A DNA stretch of 64,000 bases, taken from the IMG/VR virus record IMGVR_UViG_3300042731_007874, one strand, 5' to 3'. Shown piece by piece: positions 18,443 through 27,500 of this stretch (positions are counted from its first letter, which is position 1; each line of letters opens with the position of its first letter). The translations under genes and the position numbers were made by a program. The DNA is from a virus. Under the pieces are notes generated by a model, which worked only from the letters and a program-made list of their open reading frames with translations, ran no database searches and was not told where the DNA came from.

Positions 18443-19207
18443 ATGGCGAAATACAAACTTCGTGAAGATCGGTTAGATCCAAAACTAAAACAACAGCTGG
18501 CCGCTGCTCAAAAACAAGCAGATGCCTTTAATCGAACTAAGAAAACTGATATCTATGGAAAACCTAATTTTAGCGTCAAAGAAGATTTGCATGAAATGCG
18601 AAGCACCAATCTTATTGACGTAGATTGGGAACAAACAACTTTAAAGGAGATAGAGAAAATGGGAAAAGAACAATCACTTCCAGAAGTTAATTCTGGAGTA
18701 GATGCAGCAAAAGCAGCTGGGTTCACGGTTCCAGAAGTAGAAATGCCACAACAGGGTCCTTTGCCTGAAGAGGCAAATTCTTCTCAAGAGCAAGAACCAA
18801 AAGAAGAAAAGCCTCTAACTTTCGAACAGAAGCTTGATATGGTTACTAAAGAGCTGGAGTCAATTTACAAAGGCTCTCCTTCAAAAGAGCAGCTTATAAA
18901 GCTTAAAGAAATGCACGGAGGAATTTTTATCCTTGATTCTCGCGCTTTAGGTGTCGGTAGTGACATTTTTATCTATCGGTATTTGAAGAGAGCCGAGTAT
19001 ATTCAGGTAATGCAAGCCTGGGGGAAGCTGGAACCCGACAAGCAGAATATAGCAATTGTAAATAAATGTCTCATCTGGCCGCGTTTGACTCCAGAATTTG
19101 TTGGTAGCTCTCCAGCCGGAATGTTTGAATTGTTAGCAGAACAAATACGAATCAGAAGTATGTTCTTGGATCCTACCGCAGTAGCTTCTGTTACTATGAA
19201 ACTGTAA
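18443..19207 (+). CDS. Tail assembly chaperone 1 (long disordered N-terminus)
   Basis: Position between tube and tape measure; C-terminal IFIYRYLKRAEY...VNKCLIWP...PAGMFELLAEQI chaperone-like domain. Confidence 0.7.
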   Translation: MAKYKLREDRLDPKLKQQLAAAQKQADAFNRTKKTDIYGKPNFSVKEDLHEMRSTNLIDVDWEQTTLKEIEKMGKEQSLPEVNSGVDAAKAAGFTVPEVEMPQQGPLPEEANSSQEQEPKEEKPLTFEQKLDMVTKELESIYKGSPSKEQLIKLKEMHGGIFILDSRALGVGSDIFIYRYLKRAEYIQVMQAWGKLEPDKQNIAIVNKCLIWPRLTPEFVGSSPAGMFELLAEQIRIRSMFLDPTAVASVTMKL

Positions 19208-19213
19208 TAAATA

Positions 19214-19897
19214 ATGTCAGTGATAAAACTACTTGAGTCAATTAGGCTTCAAGGTACAAATAGCCTATATGCCTCTATCTTCCCTGATGGGACAGAAGTA
19301 GTTTTTAGACTCCCTCCATTCAAAGAAGCAGCTAGACTTGCTTTTATCCTGTCTTTGGTCCATGAACAAGATCTCCAATATCTAATACAAAACCAGATCT
19401 TTTCTAACTATGTAATTGATGACTATTTAGCAAAACACGATAACGACATTCCTGCTGGAGTTGTTTCTTCAATTGCAAATGTAATCTTATATCTTTCTGG
19501 GGTTAATAATTCTGCAGATTTTATAGAAGAACAAATAGATCTTGCTCGTGACAATATAGATTTTTATTCCTCTATGAAGAGTTGGATTCTAACGGCTTTT
19601 AATGGATACACAATTGAAGCATTAGATAAACTTAACTATCAAGAGTTATTAGATTTATTTGCTCTCGCAGAGCATTCATTACTACAACGAGGTATAATAC
19701 AAGAAGGACTATCTCTATCTCGATCAAAAGAAGAGACTATTCCGTTAGGGAAACAAATTACCGAAGATGCTTCTGCTTTTAAACAGTTTGAACATGAATC
19801 AGCTCCTCCAAGAAGAAATAGTGCGGAGCTTGAAAGACAATCAAGACTAAGAGAGCAAGCATTCTACGAGAAGATGAGAAGACAAAGAGGAGGCTAG
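19214..19897 (+). CDS. Tail assembly chaperone 2 (paralog of chaperone 1 with C-terminal extension)
   Basis: VVFRLPPFKE...IPAGVVSSIANVI parallels chaperone 1; the extension (YTIEALDKLNYQELLDLFALAE) resembles GT-type chaperone tails. Confidence 0.6.
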   Translation: MSVIKLLESIRLQGTNSLYASIFPDGTEVVFRLPPFKEAARLAFILSLVHEQDLQYLIQNQIFSNYVIDDYLAKHDNDIPAGVVSSIANVILYLSGVNNSADFIEEQIDLARDNIDFYSSMKSWILTAFNGYTIEALDKLNYQELLDLFALAEHSLLQRGIIQEGLSLSRSKEETIPLGKQITEDASAFKQFEHESAPPRRNSAELERQSRLREQAFYEKMRRQRGG

Positions 19898-19900
19898 TAT

Positions 19901-22900
19901 TTGGTCTTACCAACAATCGCTTCAGGAGATCAGCCTCTTCCTTCAGATCAGGGAGATTTAACCCCTATTGCAAAGGCTGCGTTGGTTACTGGAAGCATAG
20001 GCGCTTCTGGTTTCATTCCTACTGCAAACGGCAGACTTTTTGATCGTTATGTAAATGCTATAAGAGCTGTTGAGACAGGATTTCCGGCTGCAATTTTAAG
20101 AACTTTCAGAACTTCTGAGTTCTTATCTCCTCTAGAATCTTGGTCTCAAATTGACGTTTCCACTTCTGCACTTCAACACGGGAAGTATGCAGAATTCTTA
20201 TCTTCTAGATTTGGTCATGCTACAGGTCTTTCTTTAAAACGTACAGGTTCTGTCTTTGGTCAAGTTACAAACGAAGCTGGAGAACTCTTAGGTTATGGTC
20301 TTCAAATCGAAGCTGGAAGCCAAAAGGGAACTGCCATCGCAGACTATTTTGCCCGGGTTTCCGGAGTCCAGCTTACAGAATTCCAATCTCTTAATGATGC
20401 ACTATTAAGATCTCAATATAGAATCGCTAATCCTGGAATTCCTTATGCTGAATGGTTAGAGTCTTTAGAACCTCAGTTAAGAAGACAAAGACTTATTCTT
20501 GGAAGCCGAATTAGAAGTAAAATAAATATACTTGGCAAAGATCTTCAGTTATCTAAGTCTTTTGCCGCAGGTCTTGCAAAAACAGAAACTGTCTTTAATT
20601 TACTTCGAGCAAAAGCAGCTTCCACTACAGGCCGTCTAAACACCCTTCTCTCGGCTCCTCTAGACATACCCTACCTGGGGGGTGTCTTATCTAAGATACC
20701 TGGACTGAGAAGCCTCTCTGTGCGTCCTGGTACAAGTACACAGATGATCAGTCGCTTCATTGGTAAGGGGTTGTTAATAGGTGCTGGATGGAAAGGGTTA
20801 GAGTATTTAGATTACTTAAGGCATGAAGGAAGTCCTCTAGCTCCAGTTTTCTCTACTGCCGCAGGTGCTGGAATTGGATCTCTAATTGCTCGTGCTCCAG
20901 GAGCAAAGTTTTCTAAGGCCGGATTGTTGATTGGTGGAGCAGTTGGACTTTTGGCAGGTATCGCTCCTAGATTTGACGAGGGTCTCTTTTATGGAGCCGC
21001 CACATTAGCTACAGATCTTACTTTAACAAAAGCAGAAATTTCAGAAAGTATTGGTTTAACAGAATCTCTTCAAGAACAAGAGAGAGTAACTCCTGGTCTG
21101 ACAGATATTTCTACTGGAATGGCATTTGCTGGTATCGGTGCCATGGCAGCTGGTTTTTTCTCTTATGGCGGGCTTTTGAAAGAATCAATTCTTAACAGAA
21201 AATCCGCATCCAGGTTTGCTGATGTTATTGAACTAACCAGAGCAGCTAGAAAAGAAAATTTATTAAAAGGAGTTTGGAAATCTAGATTTGGTCGAGCAAT
21301 TGAAGACATTCCTCTTCTAAAGAATATTACGAAAACAAAGTCCCCCATGCTATTAGGAGCTTTAGCCGGTTTTGCTGGTTGGCAACTCTTGTCTTCTGGT
21401 TTGTCTATTCTGTCTGGGAACCCTATGGCAGCTGTCCCCGGAGCTTCTGTATTAGGAACAACAGAAACACCAGAAGCACTACAAGCAATCTATTCTGGAG
21501 AAGAAGAAGTCCCTATAAGAAAAGGCAGATTTTGGGAATTCGGCCGGTGTTTGGCGGAACATACTGAAATCATTACGTTTTCTGGTATTTCCAAGAAAGC
21601 TAAAGATATTAAAATAGGAGATGTTCTTGTTGGGAGAGATTATAAAAAAGCAACGGTAAAAAATATATTTACAAGACATCACAAAGGAGAGATTTTAAAA
21701 TTTTCTTGTGCCTTTGATCGTGACTTAAAAGTAGAAGTTACTGGTAACCATAGGATACCAATATTAAGAAAATCATATTCGAATAAAGAGCATAGAGTTG
21801 AATACAAAACAAAAGAAGTTAAAGCATCTGAAATTAGACTTAATGATTATGTTGAAGTTCCTGTTAAAAAACTAGAATCAAATATTACAGATTCTGCGAC
21901 CAACCCGGCAGTTATAAACTATAAAGGGAAGATATATGCCGCAATTAGAACTATCGAAACAGAAGAATACGATGGTGTCGTTTATGACTTCGAAGTAGAC
22001 AACCCAGATCACCTATTCAGAGCGGGTCCTTTTCTTGTTCATAATAGTTCTTTCGAAGGGGATAAAATCCAATATTTCCGGCAACATGCGCTGCCTCGTC
22101 TTAGAGCAAGAGCGTATCAAAAAGGTCTCTACGGTTCTGAAGAGGAAAGATGGGGATATAGCCCTTGGCTTAACCCTGTAAAAGCTTTATTTGGTTCTGA
22201 TGAATGGAAGTATCACTATGAGCAGAAATACCAAAAAGAGAGACCTGCTCCAGTAACAGCTCCTGCTGGACAAGAGATTCCTTTTATAGGTCCATTGGTT
22301 GCAGAGACAATTGGTAAGCTAATAAAGCCTAGAAAATTAGTTCGTCCAGAAGAATGGATTACCGATACTGGAGTAAAGTATAAACCGTCAGATGAAGAGT
22401 TAGAACCCGCTTATGGAGTTGGAGGACTATCTGCTGGTCAACCTTTGTCTCCAGGAGAACCAACTCAATTATTTAACGAGCTGCTTTATAGAAGAAGAGA
22501 AGCTATTGGTTTGGTTGGTTTTACCGAAGGAGCCCTTGTCAAGTCATTATTGGGTCGTGAAGAGATCTTTCCTAACCAACAAACACTTGCACAAATGGGA
22601 AAAGAAACTGGTGGAGAAAATTGGCTTTTTCAACATTTGAATCTTGGAGGGGCCTATACTGCCAGCGAGCCCACAAGGCGATTTATTCCTAGAACTAGAA
22701 GTTATTTAGATACTTACAACCCTTTATCAAACCAAATGCCTTCTTGGATGCCGGGAGAAGATTACTTTATGGATTTTAAGACAGGAAATCCTTATCAATT
22801 ATCTCAACTTCCAGAAGCAGAGATTCGTCTTCCAGGTCCAGGGCTTGCAAGTTTATATCCTGCGTTAGAAGGAGTAGATCCTGAAAATTATCCGTTGGCA

Positions 22901-24565
22901 TATCGAGCAAAAGTATTAGGTGACGTTGCTTTTTGGAGCAATGAATACAGACAAACAATCTCCCAAGCAAAGAAGAACTTAAAATACATGTCAGAGGAAG
23001 AACAGCAAATTGTTCTAACAACAGAAGAACAAGTTAAGGCTAAAAAACAAAGAAGAAACTTTAAAGATTATGTTTTTGCCCAAGACCAATTACAACAAGA
23101 GACTGTTACCGTAACAAATGTTTTGTCTCCGCGAAGATTTAAAACAAAAGAATATGGAGATACTATATTAGAAGCAAAAGGTATTGGCGCGATTACCAAA
23201 CCACAAGAGGCTTTAGAGACGACCAGAAATGTTCTTGAAGGAAGTAGGATCTCTATTTATTCTCCAGGTCTAGAGTCTAGAAGATTTAGTCGTGTTTCTG
23301 AAGGGCCAAGAATGGAAGTTGTTCCAATGCTTGGAGATAGAGATTTAGGAACTGTTCTTACGGAAGCCGGGTATGCTCAACACAAAGAACTAGAAGATGA
23401 ATTTAGACAAATTAGATTTACTCCTTCAGAACGACTAGCTGGGTCGATCTCTGAAAAAGTACTCCATGGAGCAGAAACTCCTTTAGAATATCTGACTCCT
23501 ATCTCTCCTGCTTCTAAGTTAATTAGACAGCGATCTCCAATAGAAGAATACGAGAGAACAGAAGCAATTGGAACTGCAAATTCTTTCTGGGATCGCCCCG
23601 TAGATAACTTCTTAAAGCCTGCTTACAATATGACTAAATACGAGTTAGGTTCTAGCGAGATACCAGAAGAGATACAACAGCGGCGCGATATAACAGAATA
23701 TTTTGATAAGTTACAGTGGGTTAAAGCATCAAGACTAGAGGCCAAAGCAAAACTAACCGGAGACTTTCATTTAGCTTCAGAGTTTAAGAAACAAAAAGAA
23801 TCTACTGTTTTTGGTGTTAATGTTTTCGGCTCTCCCGTTAATGTAATGAGAGCTTTACCTCGTCGAGAAAGAGATTTCTTTAATGAATTTGTTCAAGCAA
23901 AAACAATAGAAGACAGAGAGAAAATTTTATCTTTAGTTCCAGAAGACGAAAGAAGGATTTATATTTCTCAATGGGCAAGACAAGAAGAAAATAGTTCAAG
24001 AGCTAAATTAGAAGCCAAAATTGCAACAGAAGACGACAACAAAACTCTAGGCTTAGTTGCTCAAATGAGAAAGTCAGAAGGGTTCTCTTTTGATGAGGCA
24101 ATGGCAAGACGATGGATGGAAGAGACTGGAGGTAAGATTCCTTTTGATGATTGGCTGAGAGAACAAAAAGCAGAAGAGTATTTTAGAACTCATTCATTAC
24201 CAGGTGCAGACTGGATCGGTTTTAACCCTGCGGTTAGCCTAGATGATATTCGTATGGTTGCTGTTGAAATGCTTGGGCAAGATTTCCATGAACATGATTT
24301 ATGGGATGACAGAAAAAGAATGTTAGCAAGAAAACCTTATATAAATCCCACTGTAGTATCAGAAATGCAAGAGCAGGCAGAATATCAAGATAGCTGGAAG
24401 GTTGCTAGAAACTCTAAAGCTTTAACTCAAATGTTTGGAGACTATAAGGCTTCTTTGTATCAATCAAAGATTGCTGCTAATATTGGCCCGCCGCGATATA
24501 ATATAGAATTAAGAGATGGAAGACAAGATCTTGTTGACAAAGCTTATGAGAGGATTACCGGTTAA
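19901..24565 (+). CDS. Tape-measure-like / ejection protein containing a mini-intein (precursor 1554 aa, spliced about 1388 aa)
   Basis: TTG start with SD AGGAGG; follows chaperones; several Gly/Ala-rich hydrophobic segments; intein at 21548-22045. Confidence 0.7.
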   Translation: MVLPTIASGDQPLPSDQGDLTPIAKAALVTGSIGASGFIPTANGRLFDRYVNAIRAVETGFPAAILRTFRTSEFLSPLESWSQIDVSTSALQHGKYAEFLSSRFGHATGLSLKRTGSVFGQVTNEAGELLGYGLQIEAGSQKGTAIADYFARVSGVQLTEFQSLNDALLRSQYRIANPGIPYAEWLESLEPQLRRQRLILGSRIRSKINILGKDLQLSKSFAAGLAKTETVFNLLRAKAASTTGRLNTLLSAPLDIPYLGGVLSKIPGLRSLSVRPGTSTQMISRFIGKGLLIGAGWKGLEYLDYLRHEGSPLAPVFSTAAGAGIGSLIARAPGAKFSKAGLLIGGAVGLLAGIAPRFDEGLFYGAATLATDLTLTKAEISESIGLTESLQEQERVTPGLTDISTGMAFAGIGAMAAGFFSYGGLLKESILNRKSASRFADVIELTRAARKENLLKGVWKSRFGRAIEDIPLLKNITKTKSPMLLGALAGFAGWQLLSSGLSILSGNPMAAVPGASVLGTTETPEALQAIYSGEEEVPIRKGRFWEFGRCLAEHTEIITFSGISKKAKDIKIGDVLVGRDYKKATVKNIFTRHHKGEILKFSCAFDRDLKVEVTGNHRIPILRKSYSNKEHRVEYKTKEVKASEIRLNDYVEVPVKKLESNITDSATNPAVINYKGKIYAAIRTIETEEYDGVVYDFEVDNPDHLFRAGPFLVHNSSFEGDKIQYFRQHALPRLRARAYQKGLYGSEEERWGYSPWLNPVKALFGSDEWKYHYEQKYQKERPAPVTAPAGQEIPFIGPLVAETIGKLIKPRKLVRPEEWITDTGVKYKPSDEELEPAYGVGGLSAGQPLSPGEPTQLFNELLYRRREAIGLVGFTEGALVKSLLGREEIFPNQQTLAQMGKETGGENWLFQHLNLGGAYTASEPTRRFIPRTRSYLDTYNPLSNQMPSWMPGEDYFMDFKTGNPYQLSQLPEAEIRLPGPGLASLYPALEGVDPENYPLAYRAKVLGDVAFWSNEYRQTISQAKKNLKYMSEEEQQIVLTTEEQVKAKKQRRNFKDYVFAQDQLQQETVTVTNVLSPRRFKTKEYGDTILEAKGIGAITKPQEALETTRNVLEGSRISIYSPGLESRRFSRVSEGPRMEVVPMLGDRDLGTVLTEAGYAQHKELEDEFRQIRFTPSERLAGSISEKVLHGAETPLEYLTPISPASKLIRQRSPIEEYERTEAIGTANSFWDRPVDNFLKPAYNMTKYELGSSEIPEEIQQRRDITEYFDKLQWVKASRLEAKAKLTGDFHLASEFKKQKESTVFGVNVFGSPVNVMRALPRRERDFFNEFVQAKTIEDREKILSLVPEDERRIYISQWARQEENSSRAKLEAKIATEDDNKTLGLVAQMRKSEGFSFDEAMARRWMEETGGKIPFDDWLREQKAEEYFRTHSLPGADWIGFNPAVSLDDIRMVAVEMLGQDFHEHDLWDDRKRMLARKPYINPTVVSEMQEQAEYQDSWKVARNSKALTQMFGDYKASLYQSKIAANIGPPRYNIELRDGRQDLVDKAYERITG
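21548..22045 (+). mobile_element. Mini-intein (166 aa, no endonuclease domain)
   Basis: Block A CLAEHTEI (Cys1), block B VTGNHRI (TxxH), block F VYDFEVDNPDHLF, block G LVHN followed by Ser+1; exteins RFWEFGR / SSFEGDKI. Confidence 0.92.
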
Positions 24566-27500
24566 TGCCAATTGACAATAGATATTATGAAGAAAGAAGT
24601 CCTTTATGGAGTTTGGCTTCTGCCAGTGCTCTTGCTGGCGGAATAGGATATTCTTATATTCAAGGGAAAGAAGACTTTGCCCGCGCTTTAAGAGCAGGGT
24701 CAAATGATATTTCTGAATCGATTATTTCAAGAGCAGCACAAGTTTCTGATTTTAATGTTGGTTCTGTAATGTCTTCTAATATAGACGAAGAATTCTTACG
24801 TTCTAATGTTCTCTCAATGGTTGGAGGGCCAGGAATTGTTAAGGGAAATCTTCATCAAGCAGCTTACGAATCTCTTCTTGCTACTGGAACAATAACAAAT
24901 GAAGAAGCTTTGTTGTCTTTAGCAGAAATTAACAAACAATCAACTCCGTTAGACGCTTACGAAGCAGCGATGTCTGTAATTAGAGGAAAAGGAGATCTTG
25001 ATGTTTTCGGAAACAAAATAGAAGAGATGACTACAGCTGGAGAAGCAAGATTAGCTTTACTACAAGACGCGGTAATGCCTTCGTCTCGTTATGGGGTTTT
25101 GGGTCCAAGGAATGTACCTTTCTCTGAACTATCAGCCACTGCACAGGAAAGGTTTGGTTCGTTAAAAACAAACATAACAGAAGCTGCTGGTAGTGGTTTT
25201 GATATCAACTGGAAGTTCAGAAACGTAGAAGACCTAATTGGAGGCAGATCTGTTACAACTCCAATGGCAATGTTAGAGATCAGTGGAGAAAGATTTGCTT
25301 TCCCTTTAGACCCATCTAGTAAGGTTGTTTATGGAGGTAAGAACCTATCCACAAGATATATGACAAGACAAGCATATACTACTGGTGGACAGCTTATGAA
25401 CTATGCGGATCTTGCCGAAGCAACAGTTGTTGATGCAATTCGCAAATCTCGTAACCAACAGGAATTAAAGAATAATTTATTTAACGCCCACAAAGGCTTA
25501 ATTGAGAACATATGGGAGTCAGATTCTGCCGCGAGGTCTGCTGCTATTTGGACTCCACCAGAACCAGTATTAACATCCGGAGGAAGAGCAAGAGCAAGAT
25601 TAACACTAAAAGAAGCGGTCGCTTATAATATTCCAGAAGAAGAAAGGATCGCTTTATTAGGAGAGAATCTTTATCCTTTTACCAGCCCAAATACAGCAGG
25701 GAAGGGAACTTTTGTTACGGCAAACATAAGAGAAGGTTTATTTGGTCCGCTTGGGAACTTAATAACTCCGGAGCAAAGACCTACTCAATTCATAAGATCT
25801 GAATGGGGAGTTACAGAAGCTGCCAAGCAAGCTGCTTCTCCATTTAGAGGAACTTTTGGATCGGCGTTTGATAGAGTTGATAGGAAGGTTCAAGGAGCTG
25901 ATTATAAAGCCCTCTTGTACGGAACGGCAGACCCAAGATCTGCTAAGGCATATTCAGCTCCTCAGCCATTGACTTTTTACGCTCGTCCTGGCGACAAAGT
26001 AGGCTATCAAAGAGAAGCGTTAAACAATCTTTTATCAGCAGAAGAAGGGGCCATATCGTCTTCGGCTAGAGGGATGTTCGAATACGAAAAATTACTACAA
26101 AAGAAAATCTCATTAACAAGCAACCTTCCTTTAAATAAACAATTAGCCTCTAAACTAGAAGGAGTTGCTCGTGGAACATTTGTTCCGATTGAAGGGATTG
26201 GAGCAGGAGCATTTTTAGGAACAGAGCTAGAGACTGGTAGAGAGTTAGCCTTATTGGCTGATGACGCAGTTGCTCAATCTGTTATAGGTGCAGAGATAAC
26301 AGAAGAAGGACAGGCTACTTTATTTCTTAAAGAGCGCCGCAGAATGCAGAAAAATGAACTTTGGAAATTCTTCTCAGAAGAGAATAAATATATGCTTGGG
26401 CTAGCAGACGATCTTAAGTTTAGAGAAATAGCTGAAGCTGCTGGTGCAGAATTAACTATAGGAGGTCAACGACTAGAGGCTATTCAATCCGGAAAATTAG
26501 TTGGAAGAAACCAATTCTCTCTATTAACTCAACAGATAGAAGCGGCTTCTGTATTTGCTGGTAATATTATAGATTCTGACGTAAACAATACTGTTAGGAG
26601 GAGAATAAGAAACCAAGAAATTCAAGCTTTTCTAGCAGACCCGGCTAAAGCCTTAAATGTTTCTGGGTTAATGGCCAATAGAGAGATTGATAGTGCCTAT
26701 GCAGTTCAAAAAAACCTTATTGGCCTCACAAAGGGATGGGGGTTCTCTGAACAAGAGATGCAACGTACATTTGGCTTAATGTCTTCTGGCCACTTAGAAC
26801 AAATGGTTTCAGAAGGAATCCTGTCTCCTGCAGAGCAAAAGTCAATTTTGAGTTCTAGTGGAGTTATTGGACTAGGCAAAGGTAGATTAGGGGATCTTGC
26901 TTCTGGTAACTGGGGACGAGGATCTTTCGAGCAATCCGGGTTTAGGCTTTTGACAGCCAAAGGAGAAGAAGGAGCTGCTTTTGCCACAGAATTAAGTAAA
27001 CGTATTTTAGGGAAAGGAGAACTTGGCGCAATCGCCAAAATGGAAGAATCTGTTTTAGGGCAAGAAAGCTTTTTGAAAAAATTCTCTAAAATGACTTCGA
27101 CTCCTATCTCTAAGATAGAAGATCTTGTTGGAGAAACAGGTAGATACGTTTCTTTAGGAAGAAAGTTTAAGGCTTTTGGCGGATCGAGTAGAATATATGT
27201 TCCTGGTACTTCTGAAGCATCTGGGTTATTAAAGCCAATTATTTCTAGAGGAGAAGAGATTTCTGCACCATTAATTTCTGAGCTAAGGTCTTTTCAATCT
27301 CTCTTAAAAGCCGGACGACCAGAGGAAGAACTTGAATCTGCAGCTGAAAGACTAAGAAACCTAGTTGTTCAGCTTTCTGAAACTCAGTCTGCCGCTAGAG
27401 GAAAAGTAGTTGGTTCTGAGATATTGACTGGCGTTAGAAGAACTTTTAAAGAACAAAGCGATACCTTTAGGATCTCTCAACAATCTGCAGATAGAATGTT

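Noticed and set aside
19180-19230. Programmed -1 frameshift between the tail chaperones
   Set aside because: No XXXYYYZ slippery site, tandem stops, and the second gene has its own paralogous N-terminal domain.
21548-22045. Hint domain as a BIL or toxin autoprocessing module rather than an intein
   Set aside because: The full splicing set (Cys1, TxxH, block F Asp, His-Asn, Ser+1) is present, and the exteins join into a continuous plausible motif.
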